This document shows, one piece after another, positions 26,885 through 39,290 of a stretch of DNA of 58,594 bases. Position numbers and translations under genes: made by a program. Positions within the stretch are counted from its first letter, which is position 1, and each line of letters begins with the position of its first letter. The stretch is from Sphingomonadaceae bacterium (GTDB lineage: Bacteria > Chloroflexota > UBA6077). The stretch lies in the NCBI GenBank assembly GCA_050261575.1, contig JBLNDL010000056.1, positions 1 to 58,594 on the forward strand, read 5' to 3'. Under the pieces are notes generated by a model. That model saw nothing but the letters and a program-made list of their open reading frames with translations. It searched no databases and was not told the DNA's origin.

Positions 26885-28549
26885 ATGAAGCTCAACGGGG
26901 CCCGAATCGTCGCGCAGAGCCTTGTGGAAGAAGGGGTGAAGGTGGTATTCGGCATGCCGGGCGGTGCCATCACGCCCTTCTACGATGTTCTTCCAGAGTT
27001 CCCCATCCACCACGTACTGGTACGTCACGAGCAGGGGGCCAGCCACATGGCCGACGGCTACGGTCGCGCATCCGAGGACGTGGGGGTCTGCTGCGCTACC
27101 TCCGGCCCGGGCGCCCTCAACCTGGTGCCCGGCATCGCCACGGCCTACCTCGACTCCACTCCGATGGTGGCCATCACCGCCAACGTCCCCACCTCCCTGA
27201 TCGGGAAGGACGTCTTCCAGGAGTGCGACATCACCGGCATTACCCTGCCCATCACCAAGCACAACTACCTGGTGGAGCGGGTGGAGGATCTGGCCAAGGT
27301 GATGAAGGAGGCGTTCTACCTGGCCCGTACCGGCCGGCCCGGCCCGGTCCTGGTGGACGTGCCCAAGGACGTCCTGCTGGCGGAGACCGAGTTCGTCTAT
27401 CCCAAGACCGTCCATCTGCCAGGCTACAACCCCACTAAGCACGGCAACACGGCCCAGATCAGGAAGGCCGCGGCGCTGATCAAGGATGCCGAACGCCCGG
27501 TGATCATCGCCGGCCAGGGCGTGATCATCTCCAGGGCTGAGAAGGAGCTGCTGAAGCTGGCGGAGACCACCGGCATTCCGGTGATCACCACCCTGCTGGG
27601 GATCGGGGGCTTCCCGGAGTCCCACCGCCTCTCCTTCGGCCTGCTGGGGCTGCACGGAATGGCCTACGCCAACTACGCGGTGCACGACTGCGACCTGATC
27701 GTCGCCATAGGGATGCGCTTCGACGATCGGGTCACCGGCAAGGTGGAGGAGTTCGCTCCAAACGCGAAGGTGATCCACATCGACATCGATCCCGCGGAGA
27801 TCGGCAAGAACGTGCGCGTCACCGTGCCGATCGTGGGCGACGTCAAGCTGGTGCTGGAGCGGCTGAACCAGGAAATCGTGCCGGCCAGCCACGAGGAGTG
27901 GGTCGTCCAGATCGCCGCGTGGCGGGAGAAGCACCCGGCCACCGAGGTGCGGGAGTCGGACACCTTGCTGCCCCAGTTTCCCATCAAGACCCTCTATCAT
28001 GCGACGGAGGGGAAGGCGATCATCGTGTCCGACGTGGGCCAGCACCAGATGTGGGCGGCCCAGCTCTACTGGTACGACGAGCCGAGGACCTTCATCACCT
28101 CCGGTGGCATGGGTACCATGGGCTTCTCCCTCCCTGCCAGCATCGGCGTCAAGCTGGCCCGGCCCGACAAGGAGGTGTGGGTGGTCGTGGGGGACGGCAG
28201 CCTGCAGATGAACATGCAGGAGCTGGCCACCGCGGTCCAGGAGGGTGTGGACATAAAGATCTGCCTGATCAACAACTTCTGCCTGGGAATGGTTCGCCAG
28301 CTCCAGGACCTCTTCTACGACAAGAACTACGTGGCCACTCCCCTCTCGGGGCCCGACTGGGTTAAGCTCGCGGAGGCGTACGGCATCCCCGGCCTGCGAG
28401 CCACCAGGCCGGAGGAAGTCTTGCCGGCCATCGAGCGGGCGAGGGCGATCCAGGGGCCGGTGCTGGTCGAGTTCCAGGTGGAGGTCGCGGAGAACGTCTA
28501 TCCCATGGTGAAGCCGGGACGATCGCTGGGGGAGGTGATGGTGGGATGA
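26885..28549 (+). CDS. ilvB: Acetolactate synthase large subunit
   Basis: FGMPGGA, RHEQGA, TSGPGA, GMRFDDRVTG, DVGQHQMWAAQ, GDGSLQMN TPP motif. Confidence 0.97.
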   Translation: MKLNGARIVAQSLVEEGVKVVFGMPGGAITPFYDVLPEFPIHHVLVRHEQGASHMADGYGRASEDVGVCCATSGPGALNLVPGIATAYLDSTPMVAITANVPTSLIGKDVFQECDITGITLPITKHNYLVERVEDLAKVMKEAFYLARTGRPGPVLVDVPKDVLLAETEFVYPKTVHLPGYNPTKHGNTAQIRKAAALIKDAERPVIIAGQGVIISRAEKELLKLAETTGIPVITTLLGIGGFPESHRLSFGLLGLHGMAYANYAVHDCDLIVAIGMRFDDRVTGKVEEFAPNAKVIHIDIDPAEIGKNVRVTVPIVGDVKLVLERLNQEIVPASHEEWVVQIAAWREKHPATEVRESDTLLPQFPIKTLYHATEGKAIIVSDVGQHQMWAAQLYWYDEPRTFITSGGMGTMGFSLPASIGVKLARPDKEVWVVVGDGSLQMNMQELATAVQEGVDIKICLINNFCLGMVRQLQDLFYDKNYVATPLSGPDWVKLAEAYGIPGLRATRPEEVLPAIERARAIQGPVLVEFQVEVAENVYPMVKPGRSLGEVMVG

Positions 28550-29088
28550 AGCACACTCTGGTGGCGTTGATGGAGGACCGTCCGGGCGTCCTGACCCGCG
28601 TGGTCAGCCTGTTCCGCCGGCGCAACTTCAACATCGAGAGCATCAGCGTCGGCCACACTGAGATCCCCGACATCTCCAGGATGACCCTGGTGGTGGACGG
28701 CTCCAACACGGTGGTGGAGCAGGTCACGAAGCAGCTCTACAAGCTGATCAACGTCCGAAAGGTCAGCGACGTGACGCAGGACCCGACGGTGGATCGGGAG
28801 TTGGCGCTGATCAAGGTCGCCGCCAAGCCCTCCACCCGGTCGGAGATCATGCAGATCGTGGACGTCTTCCGGGCCAAGGTGGTGGACGTGAGTCCCGGCG
28901 CCCTGATCGTCGAGGCGACGGGCCAGGAGGACAAGATCGACGGTCTGGTGGCGATGCTGCGTGGCTACGGGATCAAGGAGATGGTCCGGACGGGCAAGGT
29001 GTCCATGGTGCGGGGCGGCGGCGCCACCCGGGAGACGAGCGGGGCGCCGGCATCCAACGGGACTACTCCCGCGGTGTCCCCCAACTGA
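28546..29088 (+). CDS. ilvH: Acetolactate synthase small (regulatory) subunit
   Basis: EDRPGVLTRV, RRNFNIES, ISRMT, KQLYKLI, EMVRTG. Confidence 0.96.
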   Translation: MKHTLVALMEDRPGVLTRVVSLFRRRNFNIESISVGHTEIPDISRMTLVVDGSNTVVEQVTKQLYKLINVRKVSDVTQDPTVDRELALIKVAAKPSTRSEIMQIVDVFRAKVVDVSPGALIVEATGQEDKIDGLVAMLRGYGIKEMVRTGKVSMVRGGGATRETSGAPASNGTTPAVSPN

Positions 29089-29217
29089 TGCAGTGCCGAG
29101 GGCTGAGTGCCGAGCGCCGAATGCTGGGTGTGGAGCGCTGGCTTCTAGGTTCTGGGCGCTGAGCGATACTCTCTCAGTCCTCGAACCAGCGGGTGCTGAT
29201 AGCTAAACAGGAGGAGA

Positions 29218-30225
<1,008 letters not shown>

Positions 30226-30314
30226 TACGTCGGTCCCGAGTCCTGGGTCCTGAGTCCCGAAACGGGCTTCTCAGGACTCAGCACTCGGGGCTTTTGCGCG
30301 CGGGAGGCACCACC

Positions 30315-31961
30315 ATGGAGGATCACGTATACATCTTTGACACTACCCTGCGGGATGGGGAGCAATCACCTGGTGCTTCGCTTACCTCGGACGAGAAGCT
30401 GGAGATCGCCAGACAGCTCGCCTGGCTGGGCGTGGACATCATCGAGGCCGGTTTCCCGATCGCCTCGCCGGACGACTTCGAGGCCGTCCGAAGGATCGCG
30501 AGGGATCTGCGGGGGGTCGTGGTGTGTGGCCTCGCGCGGGCGGTTCCAGAGGACATCGACAGGTGCTGGGAGGCCGTAAGGGAGGCCGAGTCCCCGCGGA
30601 TCCACACCTTCATGTCCACCTCCGACATCCACCTGGTGCATCAGTTCCGCAAGAGCCGGGAGGAGGCGCTGGAGACCATCGACGCCATGGTGAGGCGGGC
30701 GAAGGGCTACTGCATGGATGTCGAGTTCTCCCCCATGGATGCCAGCCGCACCGATCCCGAGTTCGTCTACAAGGCGCTGGAGGTGGCTATCGACGCCGGG
30801 GCCACCACCGTCAACGTGCCCGATACGGTCGGCTACGCCCTGCCCGACGAGTTCGCGGGCCTCATCCGCGGCATCTACCAGAACGTTCCCAACATCGACC
30901 GAGCCGTCGTCTCGGTCCACTGCCACAACGACCTGGGGCTGGCCACGGCCAACAGCCTGGCCGCGGTCCTGGCGGGCGCCCGACAGATCGAGTGCACCAT
31001 CAACGGCATCGGGGAGAGGGCCGGTAATGCCTCCCTGGAGGAGGTGGTGATGGCGCTTCACACCCGCAAGGACCTCTACAAGGTCGGCACTCGCATCAAC
31101 ACCACTCAGATCTACAAGACCAGCCGAATGGTGAGCAGCTACACCGGCATCACCGTCCAGCCCAACAAGGCGATCGTGGGGAGCAACGCCTTCGCCCACG
31201 AGTCGGGCATCCACCAGGACGGCGTCCTGAAGGAGCGGCGGACCTACGAGATCATGGACGCTCAGTCCATCGGCTTGGCCAAGAGTTCGCTGGTGATGGG
31301 CAAGCACTCCGGCCGCCACGCGCTGCGGGTTCGGCTGGAGGAGTTGGGCTACAAGCTCACCCCCGAGGAGCTGAACAAGGCGTTTGCCCGGTTCAAGGAG
31401 GTCGCCGACAAGAAGAAGGAGGTCTCCGATCGAGACCTGGAGGCGATCGTCGCCGACGAGATCAAGCCGGTGCCGGAGTTCTTCAAGGTGAGACTGGTTC
31501 AGGTCTCCTGCGGCAACGGCCTGGTGCCGACGGCGACCGCGGAGCTTTCGAAGCCCGACGGGAAGGTCGAGAGGGCTGTGGCCCTCGGTAGCGGGCCCGT
31601 CGACGCCGCCTACAAGGCGATCGACATGATCACCAAGCTGCCGGTGCGGCTGTTGGAGTACACGGTCCATGGCGTGACCGGGGGCATCGACGCGCTGGGC
31701 GAGGTGACCTTGCGGATCCAGGACGACGGGAAGACCTTCGTGGGCCACGGCGCCGACACCGACATCGTGGTGGCCTCGGTCAAGGCATACGTGACGGCCC
31801 TGAACAAGGTGGTAGCTAACCGGCCGGCCCTGGCCGGGGACGGCGCGGCCGAGGGTGCGGCTGGCGGTCAGCCGGAGCAGCCGAGGCGGAGCAGGTCCTC
31901 CAAGACCCCCGGCTTCGGCGCCACGCCTCCGGTGGGCAGCGCCCTCTGGAAGCAGTCGTAG
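30315..31961 (+). CDS. leuA: 2-isopropylmalate synthase
   Basis: [41 protein letters not shown]-terminal regulatory domain (GSGPVDA); ATG 30315 after GGGAGG. Confidence 0.96.
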   Translation: MEDHVYIFDTTLRDGEQSPGASLTSDEKLEIARQLAWLGVDIIEAGFPIASPDDFEAVRRIARDLRGVVVCGLARAVPEDIDRCWEAVREAESPRIHTFMSTSDIHLVHQFRKSREEALETIDAMVRRAKGYCMDVEFSPMDASRTDPEFVYKALEVAIDAGATTVNVPDTVGYALPDEFAGLIRGIYQNVPNIDRAVVSVHCHNDLGLATANSLAAVLAGARQIECTINGIGERAGNASLEEVVMALHTRKDLYKVGTRINTTQIYKTSRMVSSYTGITVQPNKAIVGSNAFAHESGIHQDGVLKERRTYEIMDAQSIGLAKSSLVMGKHSGRHALRVRLEELGYKLTPEELNKAFARFKEVADKKKEVSDRDLEAIVADEIKPVPEFFKVRLVQVSCGNGLVPTATAELSKPDGKVERAVALGSGPVDAAYKAIDMITKLPVRLLEYTVHGVTGGIDALGEVTLRIQDDGKTFVGHGADTDIVVASVKAYVTALNKVVANRPALAGDGAAEGAAGGQPEQPRRSRSSKTPGFGATPPVGSALWKQS

Positions 31962-32006
31962 AGACCCAGGACTGAGGTTCGAGTGCTCAGCCCTCAATCC
32001 TCAGCA

Positions 32007-32082
32007 TCTAAGCAGGTATCTCTAGATAGGGTACACGTTTCCCGTCAGAGAAGTCGACATGAATTAGAGATACCTGCTTAGA
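32007..32082. repeat. 68-bp MITE-like element, copy B (with TCTA/TAGA flanks)
   Basis: TCTAAGCAGGTATCTCTA...TAGAGATACCTGCTTAGA perfect terminal inverted repeat. Confidence 0.8.
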
Positions 32083-32100
32083 ACCCGATAGGGAGGTAAC

Positions 32101-33363
32101 ATGCCTCAGACGGTTGCGGAGAAGATCCTGGCTGCCCACAGCGGGCGGAAGGAGGTGCGGGCAGGCGACTTTCTCAGCGTGAAGGTCGACCTGGCCATGG
32201 CGAACGACATCACCACTCCGCCGGCGATAGCGGAGTTCAAACGGCTGGAAGTGGATCGGGTGTGGGACGCGGACAGGATAGTCCTGGTGATGGACCACTT
32301 CTGCCCCGCGAAGGACATCGCGGCCGCCACCAACGCCAAGACTTCGCGGGAGTTCGCCCGTGCCCAGGGGATCAAGCACTTCTACGAAGGCGGCCCGGCG
32401 GGCATCGAGCACGCCCTCCTGCCGGAGCAGGGACTGGTGGGTCCCGGCGAAGTGGTGATCGGTGCCGACTCCCACACCTGCACGTACGGCGCCGTGGGCT
32501 GCTTCTCCTGCGGCGTGGGCCACACCGACATGGGCGTCTCCTGGGCTACAGGCGAGGTGTGGATGAAGGTCCCCCACAGCCTCAAGATCGTGCTCAAGGG
32601 GCGCCGGGCGCCCTGGGTCGTGGGGAAGGATGTCATCCTCCACATCATCGGCCGGATTGGGGTAGAGGGGGCCAACTACCTGGCCATGGAGTACCACGGC
32701 GACGGGGTGGCCGACCTCACCATGGAGGACCGCTTCACCATGGCCAACATGACCACCGAGGCTCAGGGCAAGGCGGGGCTGTTCCCCGTCGACGCCCGCA
32801 CTCGGGAGTTCCTGGCCGGGCGCTCCCATCGCCCCTACACCGTCCACGAGGCGGATGCCGGTGCCAGCTACGTGGACACCATCGAGGTGGACTTGGGCCG
32901 GTTGGAGCCGGTGGTGGCCGCGCCCTTCCTCCCCTCCAACGTCAAGCCTGTCCGGGAGGTCTCCGGCACCGCCATCGATCAGGCATTCATCGGCGCTTGC
33001 ACCAACGGCTGGCTGTCCGACTTGCGGATCGCGGCGAGCATCATGAAGGGCAAGAGGGTCCATCCGGAGATCCGCTGCATGGTCATTCCTGCCACCCCCA
33101 CCATCTATCGGGCCGCGCTGAAGGAGGGGATCATCGACACCCTCGTGGAGGCCGGCTGCACGGTCGGATCTCCCACCTGCGGCCCATGCATGGGCGGGCA
33201 CCAGGGGGTGCTCGCGGCCGGAGAGCGGTGCGTGAGCACCAGCAACCGCAACTTCCGGGGCCGGATGGGGCATCCAGAATCGGAGGTGTTCCTGGCCAGC
33301 CCCGCCGTGGCCGCCGCTTCGGCGATCGTGGGCAGGATCGCCCATCCGGAGGATGTAGCATGA
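32101..33363 (+). CDS. leuC: 3-isopropylmalate dehydratase large subunit (LeuC type 2 / HacA-like)
   Basis: DSHTCTYG, IGACTNG, CGPCMG Fe-S ligands, STSNRNFRGRMG; operon context. Confidence 0.93.
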   Translation: MPQTVAEKILAAHSGRKEVRAGDFLSVKVDLAMANDITTPPAIAEFKRLEVDRVWDADRIVLVMDHFCPAKDIAAATNAKTSREFARAQGIKHFYEGGPAGIEHALLPEQGLVGPGEVVIGADSHTCTYGAVGCFSCGVGHTDMGVSWATGEVWMKVPHSLKIVLKGRRAPWVVGKDVILHIIGRIGVEGANYLAMEYHGDGVADLTMEDRFTMANMTTEAQGKAGLFPVDARTREFLAGRSHRPYTVHEADAGASYVDTIEVDLGRLEPVVAAPFLPSNVKPVREVSGTAIDQAFIGACTNGWLSDLRIAASIMKGKRVHPEIRCMVIPATPTIYRAALKEGIIDTLVEAGCTVGSPTCGPCMGGHQGVLAAGERCVSTSNRNFRGRMGHPESEVFLASPAVAAASAIVGRIAHPEDVA

Positions 33364-33854
33364 AGCTGATCGGTCGAGTCTGGAAGTACGGGCCCAACGT
33401 CGACACCGACGTGATCATCCCTGCCCGCTACCTGACGGAGTTCCGCCCGGCGGAGCTGGCCAAGCACTGCATGGAGGACCTGGACACCTCCTTCGCTATG
33501 GAGGTCCGGCCAGGCGACATCATCGTCGCGGGGCGAAGCTTCGGCATCGGCTCCTCTCGTGAGCACGCCCCCGTGGCGATCAAGGCCTCCGGCATCGCGG
33601 CGGTCGTCGCCCCATCCTTCGCGCGCATCTTCCACAGAAACTCCATCAACGTCGGCCTGCCGGTCGTGGAGTGCGATGGGATCGACGAGGACGTGGAGAA
33701 GGGTGACGAGGTGGAGGTCGATCTGAGCGAGGGCACGGTGCTCAATCGCCGCACGGGCAGGCTGTTCCGTGCCAGCCGCTACCCCGATTTCATGCTGGGG
33801 ATCATCGAGGCCGGCGGTCTCGTCCCCTACACGCGTGAGAGGCTCCGGGCGTAG
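33360..33854 (+). CDS. leuD: 3-isopropylmalate dehydratase small subunit
   Basis: NVDTDVIIPARYL, FGIGSSREHA, SFARIFHRN; ATGA overlap with leuC. Confidence 0.94.
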   Translation: MKLIGRVWKYGPNVDTDVIIPARYLTEFRPAELAKHCMEDLDTSFAMEVRPGDIIVAGRSFGIGSSREHAPVAIKASGIAAVVAPSFARIFHRNSINVGLPVVECDGIDEDVEKGDEVEVDLSEGTVLNRRTGRLFRASRYPDFMLGIIEAGGLVPYTRERLRA

Positions 33855-33988
33855 CGCGCCGTTCTCTAGAGTAGGGCGGCGGGGGATCCCCCGCCGCCCG
33901 GTCCCCAGACCGCGCCGGGCGGCGGCCGACGGGGACGCCGTGCTGGGTGACGGCGGCGGCCGACGGGGCGCGGCGACGGCCCCGGCTC

Positions 33989-34435
33989 CTACCTGACGAG
34001 GCGTTGCGGCGGAGCCTCGTTCAGCAGCAGCCAGTACAGCCCCAGTTGCTTCACCGCTTCCAGGAACTGGTCGAAATCCACGGGCTTCCGGATGTAGCTG
34101 TTGGCCCCCAGGCTGTAGCTCGCCACCAAGTCCCTCTCCTCGTTCGAGGAGGTCAGGACCACCACGGGAAGCAGTCTCGTTTTCTCGTTGGCACGCAGCC
34201 TCCGCAACACCTCCAGGCCGTCTATCTTGGGAAGCTTCAGGTCGAGCAGGATGACCTGCGGCGAGCGAGGCCTGCTGGTGGCGTAGTCGCCGGTGCCGAA
34301 CAGGTAGTCCAGCGCCTCCACCCCATCCCGAACCGTCACTACTTCGTTCACGATGTTGCTCTTTCTGAAGGCTCGCAGTGTCAGGACGACGTCGTCGGGA
34401 TTGTCCTCCACCAGGAGAATGACCTTGTCGTGCAT
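33989..34435 (-). CDS. Single-domain response regulator (Rcp1/CheY-like)
   Basis: [37 protein letters not shown]. Confidence 0.93.
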   Translation of the reverse strand: MHDKVILLVEDNPDDVVLTLRAFRKSNIVNEVVTVRDGVEALDYLFGTGDYATSRPRSPQVILLDLKLPKIDGLEVLRRLRANEKTRLLPVVVLTSSNEERDLVASYSLGANSYIRKPVDFDQFLEAVKQLGLYWLLLNEAPPQRLVR

Positions 34436-34604
34436 CTCACTTCTCTCGATCGATCTCTGGCTGCGACGTTCCATACCTGGGGCAGGCGCGACCGTGAGGC
34501 CGAACTCGCCCGCCTCGCGTCCTAGCTCGCGTCACGCGTGCCCGCCGCCCAGGCTGTGGCCTCGCATCGACGGTGTAGTGTGGGGTCTTGTCCCCCTGTA
34601 GGGG

Positions 34605-37442
34605 CTACAGGGTGAAGTAGAACTCGGCCCCCTTCTCCACCTCTCCCCTAGCCCAGATTCGCCCCCCGTGTCTGTGGACTATCCGCTGCACCGTGGCCAA
34701 ACCGATGCCTGTGCCGGGAAACTCCGTTTGGGCGTGGAGTCGCTGGAATGCCCCGAACAGCTTGTCGGCGTAGGCCATGTCGAAGCCTGCGCCGTCGTCG
34801 CTCACGAAGTAGACCTTCTCTCCGCCCTCCTCGGCCACTCCGAACTCGATCCTCGCCGTTGGGTGCTTGCTGGTGAACTTCCAGGCGTTCTCCATCAGAT
34901 TCTCCAGCACCACCCGAAGAAGTCGAGCGTCCCCGTGGGCTACCACGCCCGGCTGGATGATGAAAGCGACCTGGCGTTCTGGCTGCGTCCGGCGCAGTTC
35001 CGCTGCGATCGCTTCCGCCTGGGCACTGAGGTTCACATCCTCACGATGCATCTCGCTTCGGGTTACCCTGGCCAGGCTCAGCATGTCGTCGATGAGCTGA
35101 TCCATGCGGTCGCTGGCTGATCTGATCCTCTGAAGGTAGTGCCTGCCCTGTTCGTCCAGGCGATCGTGGTAGTCATCCAACAGGGCCTGACTGAAACCGT
35201 CGATGGCTCTCAACGGTGCGCGCAGGTCGTGGGAGACCGAGTAGCTGAACGACTCCAGCTCGCGGTTGATGGCGTCCAGCTCCAGGGCTCGCCGGGTGAG
35301 GTCCCCGTTCAGCTTCCTGATCTCGTCTTCCGCCCGCTTGCGCTCGGTGATGTCCTCCTTCACGGCCAGGAAGTGGGTGATGTTGCCGTCTCCATCCCTG
35401 ATGGGCGAGATGGACGCGTACTCCCAGTAAAGCTCGCCGTTCTTCTTCCGGTTGTGGAACTCCCCGCGCCACTCGCCTCCGGCGGTGATGGTGTCCCAGA
35501 GCCTCTTGTACTCCTCCGGCGGCGTCTCGCCGGACTTCAGGATCCTGGGGTTCTGCCCGAAAGCCTCTTCGGCCGTGTAGCCCGTCAGTTGGGTGAACCT
35601 GGGATTGACGTACTCGATGCTTCCCGTGGTGTCCGTGATGACCACGGTGGCCGGGCTTTGCTCCACCGCGCGCGACAGCTTGCGCAGTTGCTCCTCCGCC
35701 AGCTTTCGCTCGGTGACGTCGCGGGTCACACTCGAGTACCCACGCAGCCTCCCCTCGGCGTCGTGCAGCGCCGTGGTTACCGTATCGGCCCAGAACCGCG
35801 ACCCATCCCTGCGCACCCTCCAGCCCTGCTTTTCGCAGCGACCCTCCTCCGCCGCGGCCGCCAGTTCGCGCTCCGGTCTCCCGGCCTCGATGTCCTCGAC
35901 CGTGTAGAAGATCGACACCGGTTGGCCGAGGACCTCCTCCGCCAGATACCCATTGACGCGCTCCGCGCCGGTGCCCCAACTTGCCACCCGCCCCTGGGGA
36001 TCCAGCATGAAGATGGCGTAGCCCTTGGCCCCATCTACCAGCAGGCGGTAGCGCTCCTCGCTTTCGCGCAGGGCCTCCTCGGCTCTCTTTCGCTCTGTGA
36101 TGTCCTGGCCCTGAGCGATGGTGGCGAGGAGGGTCTTGCCGTCGCCCGCGTAGATGTTGGCGGAGTTCCAGAGGGCGAGGCGGACGTCGCCATCCTTGCG
36201 GAGGATGGGGATTTCGACGGACTCCCAGTACTCGCCGGAGAGAGTGCGCGCGATCTTGGCGAGGGACTCGCGGCGGCTGGTCTCTGGGAAGAGGATCTCG
36301 AGCTTCCGGCCGATGACCTCGTCGGCGGAGTGGCCAGTGAGCCGCTCGAAGGCGTGGTTGAAGCGAGTGATCTTGAAGTCTGGGTCCCAGACGATGATGG
36401 GGGCGTTGGCGTAGTTGAAGAGCTTCTCCAGGTAGTTGCGCGTCTCCCGCAGCCCCTCCTCGGCCAGTTGGCGCTCGGTGACGTCGCGACTGACCCCTTC
36501 GATGCCGACCAGGTCGCCGGAGGCGTCGTGGATGGGGACCGTGCTGACCTCCAGCCAGACCGGATGACCTTCCTTGTGGCGGTGACCTATCACCACGGTT
36601 TGGGACAGGAAGTCCCCGGCCAGCAGCCGCCGGAACATCGCTCTGTCGTCCTCTCGGACGGACCTTAGGGCCAACTCAGGATCCGCATACAGCTCCTCGG
36701 GGCTGAAGCCCAAGATCCGGGTCGAGGCAGGGCTGATGTAGCTGAACTGCGGCCTGGGCCTCAGATCGTACCGGAAGATGATGTCGGGCGCGTTCTCCGT
36801 CAACCGGCGGAAGCGTGCTTCGCTCTCGCGCAGCGCGCTCCTCGCCCGCCTCAGCTCGGAGCTTTCGACCAACTGCAGGCGGCCACTCTGCCGTATGATG
36901 GCGAACCGGTGGTGTCGGATGACATCCAGCACGTCGGAGGCCCGGCACCTTTCCAGCGAGTAGCTGCACAGGGCGATCATCGGCAGCTCGGCGAAGAGCC
37001 TGTCCATCTGCTCCTCGTAGGCGACGAACTCGTCCCAGCCCTCTCGCTCCAGCCAGAAGGTGTTCCCCGACAGCCTCAGGCCATCGTATCCCCGCCGTTG
37101 GGCCTGCCTGAGCTTCTCGATCCAGGCATCGAGGACCCTCTGAGGATCGAACCGCCCAGCCTGCAGATACCACTCGCTGTAGGAGACGATCTCGATCTGT
37201 CCCTGCTGCAGGTAGCGATCGAAGTCGGGTATCGCATCCTGCGCGGCGGCCGTGGCATCCGCCGCCGTCAAGGGCTCGGAGGTGATCCACATGCAGAACT
37301 CGTTGGCCTCCAACCCCGCCCGAAAGTAGGAGACCAGCAGGTCGGCCAGATCGTCCTTGGACTCGTAGAACTGGCAGAGATGGGTGCCCCAAGGGATGTG
37401 ACCGATGCATGCGATGCCGCTTCGCCTAAGCTCGTTGTCCAC
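34605..37442 (-). CDS. MEDS + 4xPAS sensor histidine kinase
   Basis: MEDS domain ([11 protein letters not shown]...ALCSY), four PAS/PAC units ending D(V/I)TER, His[14 protein letters not shown], HATPase N/G1/F/G2 boxes. Confidence 0.93.
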   Translation of the reverse strand: MDNELRRSGIACIGHIPWGTHLCQFYESKDDLADLLVSYFRAGLEANEFCMWITSEPLTAADATAAAQDAIPDFDRYLQQGQIEIVSYSEWYLQAGRFDPQRVLDAWIEKLRQAQRRGYDGLRLSGNTFWLEREGWDEFVAYEEQMDRLFAELPMIALCSYSLERCRASDVLDVIRHHRFAIIRQSGRLQLVESSELRRARSALRESEARFRRLTENAPDIIFRYDLRPRPQFSYISPASTRILGFSPEELYADPELALRSVREDDRAMFRRLLAGDFLSQTVVIGHRHKEGHPVWLEVSTVPIHDASGDLVGIEGVSRDVTERQLAEEGLRETRNYLEKLFNYANAPIIVWDPDFKITRFNHAFERLTGHSADEVIGRKLEILFPETSRRESLAKIARTLSGEYWESVEIPILRKDGDVRLALWNSANIYAGDGKTLLATIAQGQDITERKRAEEALRESEERYRLLVDGAKGYAIFMLDPQGRVASWGTGAERVNGYLAEEVLGQPVSIFYTVEDIEAGRPERELAAAAEEGRCEKQGWRVRRDGSRFWADTVTTALHDAEGRLRGYSSVTRDVTERKLAEEQLRKLSRAVEQSPATVVITDTTGSIEYVNPRFTQLTGYTAEEAFGQNPRILKSGETPPEEYKRLWDTITAGGEWRGEFHNRKKNGELYWEYASISPIRDGDGNITHFLAVKEDITERKRAEDEIRKLNGDLTRRALELDAINRELESFSYSVSHDLRAPLRAIDGFSQALLDDYHDRLDEQGRHYLQRIRSASDRMDQLIDDMLSLARVTRSEMHREDVNLSAQAEAIAAELRRTQPERQVAFIIQPGVVAHGDARLLRVVLENLMENAWKFTSKHPTARIEFGVAEEGGEKVYFVSDDGAGFDMAYADKLFGAFQRLHAQTEFPGTGIGLATVQRIVHRHGGRIWARGEVEKGAEFYFTL

Positions 37443-37646
37443 GGCGGATGCCTCCGATCTCGAGACTCAGGTCGGTCGGCCTTGCAGATACCATGGAGCC
37501 GATCTAGAAGGGCTGAACAGGCATCTCCGGTGCAGGCCGACTTCCGGATGTGAAGCTCGCGCTCCATTGCGTCGCTCCGCAATTCCTTGGTCCGCCCCTA
37601 CCAGTAGTGTTGGGGTCTCACAGAGAGTGCCGGAACAGGCCGTCGG

Positions 37647-38831
37647 TCACGACGTGGAGAGAGCCCCTTCTTGTTCCCAGCCGTTAGGTGCCACTCGATC
37701 CGCCTTCCCCTGAACCGGAAGGTAGACGCTGAAGGCTGTGCCAGTGCCCTGATGGCTCTCCAGATCGACGTAGCCCTTGTGGTCGTCCACGATCGCCTGG
37801 ATGATGCTCAATCCGAGCCCCGACCCCTTTCGCTCGTCCGTTCGCTTGGTGGTGAAGAAGGGATCGAAGACCCTATCGATGATCTCCTCGGGGATACCGG
37901 ATCCAGTATCTTCCACCCGGATCATCGCGTACTCGCCTGGGGCTATGCGGTTGTAGCTGCCAAAGTACCTGTCCCGAACCACCTTCGCGGTCGTGATGGT
38001 GAGAACCCCGTTGTCGCCCATCGCCTCGCGGGCGTTGGAGATCAGGTTTGCGATCACTCGCAGCAGTTGAGCGGGGGCGCAGTTGATCGGAGGCAGATCG
38101 TTCGCAAGGCGGAGATCGACCGTCAGAGTGGCGGGACGATCCGGGGTTTGAGACACGGCCATGGCGACCAATTCGTTTAGATCCGTCGTCTCCTGGTGAA
38201 AGCGCCCCCGCCTCCCCAGGGTCAGGAGATCCTCGTTGATGGCTGCCATCTGCCGGATGTTGGTGAGGAGCGCGTCGCAGTACTTGATCGCGGGATGGTC
38301 GGAAGGCAGCAGCCTCCTGATGAGTTGGGGATACCCGAACAGGGGGGAAAGCAGGTTGGCGAAGTCGTGCGCTACCTGCCCCGCTATCCGTCCGGCCAGC
38401 TCCAGCCGCTGGGCGCGCTTGAGCTGCTCCTCCATCTGCTTCCGTTCCCTCCGGATCACCGCCTCCGCCAGCTCTCGCTGGATGGCCGGCACCAGGCGCG
38501 TCAGATTCTCCTTCATGATGTAGTCGTGAGCGCCCGCCTTCATGGCCTCGACCGCGACGTTCTCCCCGATCTTGCCCGAGACGATGATGAAGGGTATGTC
38601 GATCCCGCTCGCCTGCAGCTTGGCCAGAGCGGCCAGGCCGCCGAAGCGCGGCATCACATAGTCGGAGACGACGATATCCCATTCCTGCCGCCGAAGGGCG
38701 GCGGCCATGTCTTCGGGCGTTTCCACCCGTTCGAAGCTGGGCTCGTATCCGCCTCTGCGCAGTTCCAGCAGCAACAGCTCGGCGTCGTCTTCCGAGTCCT
38801 CCACGATCAGAATGCGCAGCGGGGTGCTCAT
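37647..38831 (-). CDS. Hybrid response regulator-histidine kinase
   Basis: REC domain (ILIVEDSEDD, VSDYVMP), AHDFANLL H-box, NLISNAREAM, DTGSG, FDPFFTTK, GSGLGL; ATG 38831 after GGAGG. Confidence 0.92.
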   Translation of the reverse strand: MSTPLRILIVEDSEDDAELLLLELRRGGYEPSFERVETPEDMAAALRRQEWDIVVSDYVMPRFGGLAALAKLQASGIDIPFIIVSGKIGENVAVEAMKAGAHDYIMKENLTRLVPAIQRELAEAVIRRERKQMEEQLKRAQRLELAGRIAGQVAHDFANLLSPLFGYPQLIRRLLPSDHPAIKYCDALLTNIRQMAAINEDLLTLGRRGRFHQETTDLNELVAMAVSQTPDRPATLTVDLRLANDLPPINCAPAQLLRVIANLISNAREAMGDNGVLTITTAKVVRDRYFGSYNRIAPGEYAMIRVEDTGSGIPEEIIDRVFDPFFTTKRTDERKGSGLGLSIIQAIVDDHKGYVDLESHQGTGTAFSVYLPVQGKADRVAPNGWEQEGALSTS

Positions 38832-39290
38832 CTCGCCTCCTCCAACGGTGCAGCCGAGTTGCTGGCTCTCCACCCAGGGGTCTCGAGCCTGCCGCCCTGG
38901 GCAAATGGAACTCCTGCTGCCCATCGGCGGCAGCACATTGTTCCGTGCTATCGATCGTGCCTCGGCGGCGCTAGCGCCAGCCGCAACATCTGTGGGGCCA
39001 CGATGGCTCGTCGATTTGAGGCTCGGGCCGGGGGAAACGGTGGCACCGAGCTTACTTCCAGACGCAAGAATAGCCCTCCAGGGGAGCCAATGCAAGCACT
39101 CGATCTGCCTGGCGGGGCCGCTCTATTGCCACTTGGGGTTGCACAACCCACCGTAGGGGTGAGACAATTTCCCCAGCCTGACTCTTCCCCGATGCCCCAA
39201 TCGATGTGGCGCATCCGGCTGATCCTGGTGGCGTAGGGCGGGCTTGCCCCCTCGCCGCCGTCGGGCGCCAGTACGTTCGGAGGCCGAGAC

